Shown here piece by piece: positions 1-18,847 of a DNA stretch of 64,000 bases. The notes under the pieces were generated by a model. That model saw only the letters and a program-made list of their open reading frames with translations, did not search any database and was not told the origin of the DNA. How positions within the stretch are numbered: the stretch's first letter is position 1; the number at the start of each line of letters is the position of its first letter. The position numbers were made by a program, and so were the translations under genes. The DNA lies in assembly GCF_009914755.1 (NCBI RefSeq), contig NC_060947.1. One strand, 5' to 3'. Origin of the DNA: the human T2T-CHM13v2.0 reference genome, Homo sapiens.

Positions 1-14
1 CCAGAAAAAAGAAT

Positions 15-225
15 TAGGTTTATGTATCAGACAGACCTCAGCTTGCATCTCAGCTCCAAAATATATTAGGTATATGGCCTAAGACACATTATCTCATCTC
101 TCTGAGCTTTGTTTCTACATTTATAAAATGAGGGTGATAATGGTATCTACCACAGAACTATTGTGAGGAACTGATGAAATAATATATGAGTTTCTGGAAT
201 ACAAAAAGTGCTCAATAAATATAGA
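15..225 (+). mobile_element. MIR SINE, degraded
   Basis: MIR core-like 'ctctctgagctttgtttctacatttataaaatgagggtgataat...ttgtgaggaa' ending 'gtgctcaataaat'. Confidence 0.8.
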
Positions 226-2660
226 GCTATCAGAAAAAAATAATCAGTGAGAAAATAAGTGTTTACTTTTCCATTCCCGAGTCACTTCACTTAGAATAAT
301 AGTCTCCAATCTCATCCAGGTCACTGCAAATGCTGTTAATTCATTGTTTTATGGCTGCATAGTACTCCATTGCATATATACCACAGTTTCTTTATCCACT
401 CTTTGATTGATGGGCATTTGGATTGGTTCCAAGATTTTGCAATTGTGAATTGTGCTGCTATAAACAAGCATGTGCAAGTGTCTTTTTCGAATAATGACTT
501 CTTTTCCACTGGGTAGATATCCAGTAGTGAGATTGCTGGATCAAATGTTAGTTCTACCTTTAGCTCTACAAGGAATCTCTACACTGTTTTCTAAAGCGGC
601 CATACTAGCTTACATTCCCACCAGCAGTGTAGAAGTGTTCCCTGTTCACCACATCCACACCAACATTTACTGATTATTTATTTTTTTATTATGACCATTG
701 TTGCAGGAGTGAGGCGGTATCACACTGTGGTTTTGATTTGCATTTCCCTGATAATTAGTGATGTTGAGCATTTTTTCATATGTTTGTTGGCCATTTGTAT
801 ATCTTCTTTTAAGAATTGTCTATTCTTGTCCTTAGCCCACTTTTTGATGGGATCGTTTTTTTCTTACTGATTTGTTTGAGTTAATTGTAGATTCTGGATA
901 TTAGTCCTTTGGCAAATGTATAGATTGTGCAGATATTCTCCCACTCTGTGGATTGTCTGTTTACTCTTCTGACTGTTCCTTTTGCCATGCAAAAGCTCTT
1001 TAGTTTAATTAGGTCCCAGCAATTTATCTTTGTTTTTAACGCATTTGCTTTTGGGTTATTGGTCATGAAATCCTTGCCTAAGCCAATGTCTAGAAGGGTT
1101 TTTCCAATGTTATTTTCTAGAAGTTTTATAGTTTCAGGTTTTAAATTTAAGTCCTTAATCCATCTTGAGTTGATTTTTGTATAAGATTAGAGATGAGGAC
1201 CCAGTTTCATTCTCCTACAAGCGGCTAGCCAATTATCCTAGCATGATTTGTTGAAAAGGGTGTCCTTTCCCCACTTTATGTTTTTGTTTGCTTTGTTGAA
1301 GATCAGCTGGCTGTGAGTATTTGGGTTTATTTCTGGGTTCTCTATTCTGATCTGTTGGTCTGTGTGCTTATTTTTGTACCAGTACCACACTGTTTTGGTG
1401 ACTATGGCCTTATAGTATAGTTTGCAATCAGGTAGTGTGATGCCTCCAGATTTGTTCTTTTTGCTTAGCCTTGTTTTGGCTATGTGGGCTCTTTTATTGT
1501 TCCATATAAATTTTAGAATTGTTTTCTCTAATTCTGTGAACAATGATGGTGGTATTTTGATAGGGATTGCATTGAATTTGTAGACTGCTTTTGGCAGTAT
1601 GAACATTTTCACAATATTGATTCTACCCATCCATGAGCATGGGATGTGTTTCCATTTGTTTCTGTTTTCTATGATTTCCTTCAGCAGTGTTTTAATTTTC
1701 CTTGTACAGGTCTTTTGACTTTTTGTTTATGTATATTCCTAAGTATTTTAATTTTTGCAGCTATTGTAAAAAGGGTTGATTTATTGATTTGATTTTCTGC
1801 TTGGTTGTTATTGGTATATAGAAGAGCTACTGATTTGTGTACATTAATCTTGTATCCGGAGACTTTGCTGAACTCTCTTATCAGTTCTAGGAACTTTCTG
1901 GAGGAGTCCTTAGGGTTTTCAAGGTAAACTACCATATTGTCAGAAAACAGTGACAGTTTGACTTCCTCTTTACTGATTTGGATTCCCTTTATTTCTTTCT
2001 CTTGTCTGATTGCTCTGGCTAGGACTTCCAATACAATGTTGAAGAGAAGTGGTGTGAGTGGGCATCCTTGTGTTTTTCCAGTTCTCAGAGGGAATGCTTT
2101 CAACTTTTCCTCATTCAGTATCATGTTGGCTGTGGGTTTGTTATAGATGGCTTTTATTACATTAAGCAATGCTCCTTGTATGCCGATTTTGCTGAGAGTT
2201 TTAATCAGCAAGCGATGCTGGATTTTGTCGAATGCTTTTTCTGAATCTATTGAAATGATCATGTGATTTTGGTTTTTAATTCTACTTATGTGGTGTATCA
2301 CATGTATTGACTTGCATATCCTAAACCATCCCTGCATCCTTGGTATGAAACCCACTTGAACATGGTGGATTATCTTTTTGATATGTTGTTGGATTCAGTT
2401 AGCTAAGTATTTTGTTAAGGATTTTAGCATCTATGTTCATCAAAGATATCGGTCTATAGTTTTCTTTTTTGGTTATGTCCTTTCCTGGTTTTGTTATTAA
2501 GGTGATGGTGGCTTCACAGAATGAATTAGGGAGGGTTCCTTCTTTCTCTATCTTGTGGAATTGTGTCAAAAGGATTGGTAACAATTCTTCTTAGAATGTC
2601 TCGTAGAATTCTGCTGTGAATCCATCTGCTCCTGAACTTTTTCTTTGTTGGTAATTTTTA

Positions 2661-3503
2661 TTTATTTATTTTTTATTATTATTATACTATAAGTTTTAGG
2701 GTACATGTGCACATTGTGCAGGTTTGTTACATATGCATACATGTGCCATGTTGGTGTGCTGCACCCATTAACTCGTCATTTAGCATTAGGTATATCTCCT
2801 AATGCTATCCCTCCCCGCTCCCCCCACCCCACAACAGTCCCCAGTGTGTGACGTTCCCCTTCCTGTGTCCATGTATTCTCATTGTTCAATTCCCACTTAT
2901 GAGTGAGAACATGCGGTGTTCGGTTTTTTGTCCTTGCGATAGTTTGCTGAGAATGATGGTTTCCAGCTTCATCCATGTCCCTACAAATGACATGAACTCA
3001 TCCTTTTTATGGCTGCATAGTATTCCATGGTGTATGTGTGCCACATTTTCTTAATCCAGTCTATCATTGTTGGACATTTGGGTTGGTTCCAAGTCTTTGC
3101 TATTGTGAATAGTGCCGCAATAAACATACATGTGCATGTGTCTTTATAGCAGCGTGATTTATAATCCTTTGGGTATATACCCAGTAATGGGATGGCTGGG
3201 TCAAATGGTATTTCTAGTTCTAGATCCCTGAGGAATCGCCACACCGACTTCCACAATGGTTGAACTAGTTTACAGTCCCACCAACAGTGTAAAAGTGTTC
3301 CTATTTCTCCACATCCTCTCCAGCACCTGTTGTTTCCTGACTTTTTCATGATTGCCATTCTAACTGGTGTGAGATGGTATCTCATTGTGGTTTTGATTTG
3401 CATTTCTCTGATGGCCAGTGATGATGAGCATTTTTTCATGTGTCTTTTGGCTGCATAAATGTCTTCTTTTGAGAAGTGTCTATTCATATTCTTCGCCCAG
3501 TTT
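2661..3503 (-). mobile_element. 5'-truncated young L1PA (approx. L1PA3/4) 3' end nested in the L1PB
   Basis: T-rich tail at 2661, L1PA 3'UTR, ORF2 C-terminus (2981-3487 '[18 protein letters not shown]'); 13-bp TSD ttggtaattttta at 2648-2660 and 3504-3516. Confidence 0.95.
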
Positions 3504-3830
3504 TTGGTAATTTTTAAATTACCACTTCAATCTCACTGCTTGTTATCGGTCTGTTCAGGGTATCAAATTCTTCCTGATGTAAGCCACGAGGGTTGTATTT
3601 TTCCAGGAACTTATCCATCTCTTCTAGGTTTTCTAGTTTAAGTGTGAAAAGGTGTTCATAGTAGCCTTGATGATAGTTTGCGTTTCAGTGTGTCAATTGT
3701 AGTATCTCCTGTTTCATTTCTTAGTGAAGTTATTTGGATTTTCTCTCTTCTTTTCTTGGTTAATCTTGCCAATGATCTATCAATTTCATCTGTTCAAAGA
3801 ACCAGCTTTTTTTTATCATTTATCTTTTGT

Positions 3831-3832
<2 letters not shown>

Positions 3833-3873
<41 letters not shown>
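3833..3873. repeat. (TG)~20 microsatellite inside L1 ORF2
   Basis: Pure TG run. Confidence 0.98.
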
Positions 3874-3875
<2 letters not shown>

Positions 3876-5587
3876 CAATTTCATTTAGTTCTGCTCTGAT
3901 CTTGGTTATTTCCTTTCTTCTGCTGGGTTTCAGTTTGGTTTGTCCTTGTTTCTCTAGTTCCTTGAGATGTGACCTTAGAGTGTCAGTTTGTACTCTTTCA
4001 GTCTTTTTGATGTAGGCATTCAGGGCCATGAACTTTCATCTTAGGGCTATGAACTTTTCCCCTTAGGGCTATGAACTTTCCTCTGGGATACCTTTGCTGT
4101 ATCCCAGAGGTTTTGATAGATTGTGTCATTATTGTCATTCAGTTCAAACAATTTTTAAATTTGCATGTTGATTCCATTTTTAACCCCAATATTCATTCAG
4201 GAGCAGATTATTTAATTTCCATGTATTTGCATGGTTTTGAAGGTGACTTTTTGAGTTGATTTCCAGTTTTATTCCACTGTGGTCTGACAGAGTGCTTTAT
4301 ATAATTTCAATTTTCTTAAATGTATTGATGCTCGTTTTGTGGCCTATCTTGGAGAAAGTTCCATGCACTGTTGGGTAGAATGTGTATTCTGTGGTTGTTG
4401 GATGAAATGTTCTGTATGTATCTGTTAAGCCCATTTGTTCCAAGGTATAGTTTAAATCCATTGTTTCTTTGTTGACTTTCTGTCTTGATGACCTGACTAG
4501 TGCTGTCAGTGGAGTATTGAAGTCCCCCACTATTATTGTGTTGCTGCCTATCTCATTTCTTAGGTCTATTAGTAATTGTTTTATAAATTTGGGAGCTCCA
4601 GTGTTAGGTGCATATATGTTTAGGATTGTGATATTTACCTGTCAGACAAGGCCTTTTACCATTATATAATGTCCCTCTTTGTCTCTTTTAACTGCTGTTG
4701 CTTTAAAGTTTGTTTTATCTGATGTAAGAATAACTATCCCTGCTCACTTTTGCTCTCCATTTTCATGATATGTTTTTTCCACACCTTTACTTGAAGTTTA
4801 TGTGCATCCTTATGTGTTAGGTGAGTATCCTGGAGGCAGCAGATGGTTGTTTGGTGAGTTCTTATCCATTCTGCGGTTCTATATCTTTTAAGTGGAGCAT
4901 TTAGGCCATTTACATTCAATGTTAGTATTGAAATGTGAGGTATCATTGCATTCATCATGCTCTTTGTTGCCTGTGTACTTTGGTCTTATTGTTTTTGCTT
5001 TTTAACTTGTATTTTTGTTTTATAGGTCCTGTGCAATTTATGTTATAAAGAGGTTCTGTTTTGATGTGTCTCCAGGATTTGTTTCAAGATTTGGAGCCCA
5101 TTTTAGCAGTTCTTGTAGTGGTGGCTTGGTAGTGGTGAATTCTCTCAGCATTTGTTTGTCTGAAAAAGAATGTTCTTCCTTCATATATTATGCTTAGTTT
5201 CACTGGATACAAAATTCTTGGCTGATAATTGTTTCGTTTGAGGAGGCTGAAGATAGGGCCCCAATCCCTTCTAGCTTGTAGGGTTTCTGTTGAGAAATCT
5301 GCTGTTAACCTGATAGGTTTTCCTTTATAGGTTACCTGGTGCTTCTGTCTCACAGCTCTTAAGATTCTTTCCTTTGTCTTAACTTTGGATAACCTGACAA
5401 TGTGCCTAGGCAAAGATCCTTTTGCAATGAATATCCCAGGTGTTCTTTGTGCTTCTTGTATTTGGATATCTAGGTCTCTAGCAAGGCTGGGGAAGTTTTC
5501 CTGGATTTTTCCTCCAAATATGTTTTTCAAGCTTTTAGAATTGTCTTCTTCCTCAGGAACACCAATTATTCTTGTTTGGTCATTTAA

Positions 5588-5925
<338 letters not shown>

Positions 5926-7934
5926 TGTTTATATTTTCTTATTCTTTTTCCTTTGTCTTTGTTGGACTGGGTTAATTCAAAGACCTTGTCTTCTAGCTCT
6001 GAATTTCTTTCTTCTACTTGTTCAATTCTATTGCTGAGACTTTCCATAGCATTTCACATTTCTAAAAGTGTGTCGAAAAAATTCCTGAATTTGTTATTTT
6101 TTTTTTCTTTAAGCTATAAGCTATCTGTTTCCTGGAATATTTCTGCCTTCACTTCCTATATCATTTTTTGGATTTTCTTGCATTGGGCTTTGCCTTTCTC
6201 TGACCCCTCCCTGATTAGCTTAATAATTAACCTCCTGAATTCTTTTTCAGGTAAATCAGGGATTTCTTCTTGGTTTGGATCCATTGCTGGTGAACTGGTG
6301 TGAATTTTTGGGGGTGTTGAAGAGCGTTGTTTTGTCACATTATCAGGGTTGGTTTTCTAGTTCCTTCTCATTTGGGTAGGCTCTGTCAGAGGGAACATCT
6401 AGGGCTGAAGGCTGTTGTTCAGATTCTTTTGTCCCATGTGGTGTTCCCTTGATGTTGCACTCTCCCCCTTTTCCTATGGATGTGGCTTCCTTTGACCTGA
6501 ACTGCAGTGATTTTTGTCTCTCTCTGCATCTAGCCACCCAGCCAGTCTACCCAGCTCTTGGCTGGTACTAAGGATTGTCTGCACAGAGTCCTTTAACATG
6601 AACCATCTATGGGTCTTTCAGCCGTGCATACCAGTGCCTGTTCTGGTGGAGGTGGCCGGTGGGGGTTGGGGGGAAGTGCGGGGGAGGGGGAGTGAAATGG
6701 ACTCCCTGAGGGCTCTTAGCTTTGGCAGTTTAATGCTCTATTTTTGTGCTGGTTGGACTCCTGCTACAAGATGGTGCTTTCCAGAGAGCATCAGCTATGG
6801 TAGAATGGGAAGGAACTGGCGGTGTGTGGGCCCTAGAATTCCCAAGATTATATGCCCTTTATCTTCTACCACCAGGGTGGGTAGAGAAGGACCATCACGT
6901 AGGGGCAGGGCTAGGCAGGTTTGAGCCCAGACTCTCCTTGTACGGGTCTTGCTGTGGCTGCTGTGGGTGATGGGGGTGAGATTCCCAGGTCACTGGATTT
7001 GTGTACCTAGGAGGATTATGGCTGCCTCTTCTGAATCATGCAGATTGTTGCAGAAGTAGGGGGAAACCAGCAGTCACAGACCTCACCCAGCTCCCATGCA
7101 AACCAAAAGGCCGGCCTCACTCCCACTGTGCCCCCCCACCCCCAACCAACAGCTCCCTGTCCGTTTCCAGGCAGAGAGAAATATGGGTTTGAAAACCTGC
7201 CTCAGGCTACCCACCTCCCAGCTGCAAAAGAAAAGGGCTTGTTTCTTCTCCCCATGTGGATTCTGCACACCAGATTTGCACCCTCCCCTGAGCTCTGGCC
7301 AGGAAGCTTCTCACCTGGTTCAAATTGTGACAAAGTTCAGCTAGAGATTTGCTTCTCCCTGTGTAGTTTTAACCCCTGCTCCTCTCCTGTTGGGTCCCTG
7401 TGGTGCCAGGGAGGGATGGCCTGCTAGGGGACCCAGCGAGCTCCCAGGGCCTTTCTGCTGCTCCCTCTAACCCTGTATTTTGCTCAGCTCTCTAAATTGA
7501 CTCAGCTCCAGGTAAAGTCGGAAACTTTTCCCACAAACAGACCTTTAGCTTCTCCAGTGAGCGTTATTCAGAAGAGGAGGGTCTCCCTTTCCCACTTCTG
7601 CAGTTGGGGCACTCACAGTTTTGGGGGGGAGGTCTCCCAGGTCCTGCAGGAACAGTCTGCTTCCTCTATTTTACCTTTTATTTAAAAATTCCTTCCATAG
7701 GTAGATAGTTTATTTGAAAAACAATGGTCAATATGAGAACATTGCAGATTCTGGAAGCCATAGATAGAGGTTCCTAATAGAAGTACCTTTGGTTATGAGT
7801 CTGTTTTTTATGGTCTTTCAAGTTCAATCCCTCACATGCACATCCCACAGTAGCCAAACTTAACCTGTCTCCTAAACATAATAAGAAGGACAAATGAAAG
7901 AAATTAAGACAAAGAAAAAGATACTCTAGACTAT

Positions 7935-8080
7935 TGTTAGTCAATGTGTTTCTTGTCTGGAAGCTTGTTAATAAATGCAGAATCTCAGATCCCACCTAGA
8001 ACAACTGAATCAGAACCTTCACTTTAACAAGATTTGCTGGTGATCTTTGTGCACATTAAAGTTTGAGAAGTACTATTCTA
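7935..8080. mobile_element. MER5A-like hAT DNA transposon fossil
   Basis: 'aaatgcagaatctcagatcccacctaga...gaatcagaa...tttaacaagat...cacattaaagtttgagaagtact'. Confidence 0.8.
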
Positions 8081-8107
8081 TAAATACATTAGAATAAAAA
8101 AATGGGA

Positions 8108-8819
<712 letters not shown>

Positions 8820-8839
8820 TTATTTCCTCATCAGAATTG

Positions 8840-10295
8840 AAGGACTCAATAATGGTAATTAGAACAGAAGAGACATCAGCTGATAAATGAATTCAAGAAA
8901 CTTTTTTAGAAGTCAGAAAGTAGGTGAAGAAATAGTCACTGATTTGACAAAGTGAAGAAGCTCAAGACCTAAAGTGTGAACAAAGGGAGATTATAATTAA
9001 AAGATGCCTGAAAAGCAAAACCAGTCCACAGAACCGAGGAGAGGCTCAGAACCTGGAAGCACCATTTTTTGCAGAGAGTAGGGATGGAGTTATGAGGTAA
9101 AAAAAATGGGGGATTGATTAAATATTTTTATAAGAAATAATCAGATTTAATTACCATACACACAGATACTACTCCTCATACTCACAGAACATTATCAGCC
9201 AGAAACTACCTCATAAGCCAGAAGCCACTGGGTATTTATTGGCTGGAGAAACTAAACTGGGAGTCTTCAAAATCAGCAACAGCAAGCAAGATGTCAGGTG
9301 AAGGTGAATTGCAAAGCTGAACATAAGACGATCTATTGAAATTCTGCATATGGAACAGTCAGACACCCATGCACACCTCTCCTCTACACCATGGGCAGAA
9401 AGCCTTATGATTAGATTACTATCCCAGGGCAAAAAAATGAAATAGCCTTTTCTGGAAAAAATTAGCTTGAAAAAAAAAAAGCCTCCACATGGTGACATTT
9501 TGGGTCCCCAGTGAACCATCAAACACTCGATAGTGAACCTCTTCTCCAGGCTGCATACCATGTGCATGCCCAGAAAGCTCTCAATCTCAGCATTTTATGC
9601 ATCAAATATACATATGAACACCTAACCTATAATGACCAGATCACTAAGGAAAGCTCTCAATATAGGAGAAAAAGAAACTAAAGAGAAAGAAGAAAACAAT
9701 TCAGGGAGTGGGAAAAAAAGTGGCAAGATATAAGAAAGCATTGCATCCATAAAATAGATATTAAATGTTATTTTTAAAAGCAGGAAAAAGTAAAAAAACA
9801 AAAACTTGGAAATTAGAACTTAATGAAATGTAATATAACTCATTTTATTATATAAAATTAAAATAATAAATATAACTTAAAAATATTAAATAGAAAGTGA
9901 GAAAATAAAGCAAAAGAAAATTCTCAAAAAGTAGAATAATAATGATAAGCAGTGACAAAACAGAAAAAAGAATATTAGTCAAATAGAATCCATCCAGGAG
10001 GTCTAATAACCAATTAATTAATGATAGCTTCTGAAATAGAAGAAAAAGTGGAGAGAAAATTATCAATAAATACAATAAGAGAATTACCCAGATTTGAATG
10101 ACATGAGTCTAACAAGAGTCTACAGATTAACAGTGCTCACAAAGGGTCCAACATAATGAATGATAAAAGGCCCTATACCAAGGCACAGCACTGAACTATC
10201 AGAACATCTTTTTAAAAAGAGGGAAGATTCCAAAAGCTTCCACAAAGGAAGAGGAGGGGTATTACACTAAAAAAAAAAAAAAGCATCAAAATGAC
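8840..10295 (+). mobile_element. Highly degraded ancient L1 5'/ORF1 region or HAL1
   Basis: A-rich strand with ORF1-like motifs 'aatccatccaggaggtctaa', 'agagaattacccagatttgaatgacatgagt', 'ccaaggcacagc', 'aagattccaaaagcttcc'. Confidence 0.6.
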
Positions 10296-10457
10296 ATGGG
10301 GCTTTTTTCTTCCAAACATTGTGTTTTGAAAATTTTAAACTCACACAATAGTGGAAAGACTAGCAAAAGGAATATCAATATATCTATCATCCACCTAGAT
10401 ACACCAATTGCTAGCATTCTGCTACATTTGCTTAATTTCAATAGATACGTAGGTAGG

Positions 10458-10881
10458 TATATTATGCCACTGTTGCATTGCTATAAAAAAATACCTAAGT
10501 CTGGGCAATTCATAAAGAAAAGAGGTTTAATTGGCTCATGGTCCTGGAGGCTGTATGGGAAGCATGGCGCTGGCATCTGCTTGGCTTCTGGGAAGGCCCC
10601 AAGGAGCTTTTACTCATGGCAGAAGGCAAAGTGGGAGCAGGTATTTCACACGGTGAAAGCAGGAACAAGAGAGCAAAAGTGTGGGGGTAGGGGTTGGGGG
10701 TTAGATGCCAGACGCAAACAATGAGATCTCATGAAAACTCACTAACTATTGCAAAAGCAGCACCGAGCCATGAGGAATTAAATCCCATGACCCAAACACC
10801 TACCACCATGCCCCACCTCCAACATTGGATATTACAATTTAACATGAGATTTGAGTGGAGACATATATTCAAACTCTATCA
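10458..10881 (-). mobile_element. MaLR solo LTR (MSTB-like)
   Basis: 'aagaaaagaggtttaattggctcatgg...catggcagaaggcaaagtgggagcagg'; 5-bp TSD gtagg at 10453-10457 and 10882-10886. Confidence 0.92.
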
Positions 10882-12748
10882 GTAGGTGTGTGGATATAAG
10901 CTATTCTTATAATAAGCAGGAAGACTAAAAGATGAACAAATCAAAAATAATAACTCCAAATTTCAAGACAGATTCAGTATAATAAAACATAAAGAGAGAC
11001 AACAGAAAGTTTAAAAGCAGGGAAAGAAATTAAGATCTAGAGTTTTTATTAGTCTTCTTTTGCTTGTTTGTTTTTTATGCAAACAGTGCTAAGTTGTTAT
11101 CAGCTTACCATAATGAGTTACAAAATAATACTTAGAATATCATGGTAACCTAACATCAAAACACACACAACAAATGCAAAAAAAAAAAAAGCAACAAATG
11201 AATTCATACCACCAGAGAAAATCACCTTCACCAAAAGAAAGACAGGAAGATAGGAAAGAAGGAAGTAACAAAAACATCCAGGAAACAAATAATAAAATGG
11301 AAGGAGTAAGTCTTTACTTATCAATAATAACACTGAATGTAAATGGACTAAACTCTCCAATCAAAAGACATACAGTAGCTGAATAGATGAAAATCCAGGA
11401 CCCATTGATCTCTTGCCTACAAGAAACACACTTCACTTATAAAGAAACACATATACTGAAAATAAAGAGATAGAAAAGGATATTCCATGTCAATGGAAAC
11501 CAAAAAAATAGCGGGAGTAGCAATACTTACATCAGACAAAATAGGTTTCAAGATAAAAACTATATGAAGAGACAAAGAAAGTTATTACACATGACAAAAG
11601 GGTCAATTCAGCAAGAAGATATAGCAATTGTAAATAATACGCACTCAACACTGGGGCACCCAGATATGAAAAGTAAATATTATTAGAGCTAAAGAGAGAG
11701 AAAGACCCCAATATAATAATAGCTGGAGACATCAACACCCCATTTTCAGGATTGACCACAACTTCCAGACAGAAAATCCACAAAGAAACATCAGGCTTAA
11801 TCTGTACTATTGATTAAATGGACCTAATAGATATGTAAAGAACATCTTATCCAATAGCTGCAGAAGACACATTGTTTTCCTCAGCACATGGATCATTTTC
11901 AAGGAACAAGTCTTAAAACATTTAAAAAATTGAAATATTGTCAGGTGTCTTCTCTGACCAAAACAGAATAAAACTAGAAATCAATGACAGGAGTAATTTT
12001 GAAAACACAAATACATAGAAATTAAACAATATGCTCCTGAATGACCACTGGATCAATGAAGAAATTATGAAGAAAATTTAAAAATTTCTTTAAACAAATG
12101 ATAATGGAAACACAACATACCAAAACCTATTGCATACAACAAAAGCAGTGCTAAGAGAAAAGTTTGTAGCTATAAGTGCCTACATTGAAAGAGACAAAAA
12201 ACTCTAAATAAGCAACCTAACAATGCATCTTAAAGAAATAGAAAAGTGAGAACAAACTAAGCCCAAAATAGTAGGAGGAAAGAAATAATAAACATAAGAG
12301 TAGAAATAAATGCAATCGAATGAAGAAAACAATACAAAATATCAATGAAACAAAAAGTTGGTTTTCTGAAAAGTTACACAAAATAAACAAACTTTTAGTC
12401 AGATTAAGAAAAAAAAGAGAGAAGATCCAAATAAATAAAATTAAAGATGAAAAAAAGAGGAATTACAACTGATATTGCAGAAATTCAAAGGATCATTAGT
12501 GGCTAGTATAAACAACTATATGCCAATAAATTGGAAAATTTAGAGGAAATGGACAAATTGCTAGACACATACAACCTACCAATATTGAATCAGGAAGAAA
12601 TCCAAAACCTGACCAGACGAATACCAAGTAACAAGATTGAAGTCATAATAAAAATTCTCCCAGTAAAGAAAAGCTCAGGACACCATAGCTTCACTGCTGA
12701 ATTCTACCAAACATTTAAAGAAGAACTAATAACAATCCTACACAAACT

Positions 12749-16644
<3,896 letters not shown>

Positions 16645-16724
16645 TAGAGGAGGAGTGAATACTTTCAAATTCGTCCTATGAAGCCAGTATTATCCTGATA
16701 CCAAAAACAGACAAAGACACATTT

Positions 16725-16744
16725 AAAAAGAAAGAAAGAAAGAG

Positions 16745-16795
<51 letters not shown>

Positions 16796-16844
16796 AAAAA
16801 GAAAGAAAGAAAGAAAGAAAGGAAGGAAGGAAGGAAGGAAGGAA

Positions 16845-16922
<78 letters not shown>

Positions 16923-16925
16923 AAA
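16725..16925. repeat. Compound polypurine microsatellite (GAAA)n/(GA)n/(GGAA)n/(GAAA)n
   Basis: ~200 bp of pure A/G inside L1MA ORF2. Confidence 0.98.
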
Positions 16926-17458
16926 CTACAGGTCAATATCCCTGGTGACTATTGATGCAAAAATCCTCAACAAAATATTAGCAAACTGACTTCAACAAAA
17001 TATCAAAGAGATCATTCATCATGACCAAGTGGGATTTATCCCTGAGATGTGAGGATGGTTCAACATATGCAAATCAATCATATGATTTGATTAAACTAAA
17101 GAGCTTCTGCACAGCAAAAGAAACTACCATCAGAGTGAACAGGCAACCTACAGAATGGGAGAAAATTTTTGCAATCTACCCGTCTGACAAATCATATGAT
17201 TTGCACAAGAGAGATTGATTTGCACATGTGATACATCATATCAACAGAATGAAAGACAAAAATCACACTATCATTTCAATTGATGCTGAAAAAGCATTTG
17301 GTAAAATTCAGCACCCCTTCATGATAAAAACTATCAAGAAACTGGATATAGAAGAAACATACCTCAACATGATAAAAGCCATATCTGACAGACCCACAGC
17401 TAGTATCATATTGAATGGGAGAAACCTGAAAGCCTTTCCTCTAAGATCTAGAACATGA

Positions 17459-17593
<135 letters not shown>

Positions 17594-18847
17594 TAATCCA
17601 CACAATGGGAGAAAATATTCACAAACTACACATCTGATAAGGGATTAATAACCAGAATATGTAAAAGGAGCTTAAACCGCTCTATAGGAAAAAATCTAAT
17701 CTGATTTTAAAATGGGCAAAATATCTGAATAGACATTTCTCAAAAAGGCATAAACATGGCAAATAGGCATATGAAAAGGTGTTCAACATCATCGATCATC
17801 AGAGAAATGCAAATCAAAACTACAAGGAGATACCATCTCACCCACATTAAAATGGCTTTTATCCAAAAGACAGGCAATAACAAATGCTGGTGAGGATGTG
17901 GAGAAAAGGGAACACTCATACACTGTTGTTAGTGGGAATATAAATTAGTACAACCACCATGGAGAACAGTATAGAGATCCCTCAAAAAACTAAAAATAGA
18001 GCTACCATATGAGCCATCAATCCGACTGCTGGGTATATACCCAAAAGAAAGGAAATTAATATATCGAAGAGATATCTGCACTCCCATGTTTATTCCAGCA
18101 CTATTCTCAATAGCCAAGATTTCGAAGCAACTTAAGTGTCCATCAACAGAGAACTAAAGAAAATATGGTACATAGGTACATATACACAATGGAGTACTAT
18201 TCAGCCATAAAAAAGAATTAGATCCTGTCATTTTCAACAACATGGATGGAACTAGAGGTATTATGTTAAGTGAAATAAGCCAGGCACAGAAAGACAAATA
18301 TCACATGTTCTCACTTATTTGTGGGAATGAAAATTAAAACAATTGAAGTCATCAATATAGAGAGTAAAAGGATGCTTACCAAAGGCTAGGAAGGGTAATG
18401 AGGATGTGGGGCAGAAGTGGGGATGCTTGGGGATGGTTAGTGGTACAAAAAAATAGAATGAATAAGACCTAGTATTTGCTAGCAGAACAGGGTGACTATA
18501 GTCAAAGTAACTTAACTGCATATTTTAAATAACTAAAAGTATAATTAAATTGTTTGCAACAAAAATGATAAGTGCTTGAGGGGATGAATACCCCATTTAT
18601 TCTGTTGTAATTATTACACATTGCATGCCTATATCAAATATCTCATGTAACCCATAAATATATATCTACTACATAAACATACCCACAAAATTTTTTAAAA
18701 TTTTAAAAAGAGAAGTCAATGAAGTTGAAAACAGAGAAACAATAAAGTCATTGAAACAAAGAGCTAGTTCTTTTAAAAGATCAATAGAGTTGACACACCT
18801 CTATTGTTTACCTCTGACCAGGTAAAAAGAGAAGACACAAATTATCT

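Noticed and set aside
16676-16936. Hydrophobic FLSF-repeat ORF resembling a membrane peptide
   Set aside because: Antisense reading of the (GAAA)n microsatellite
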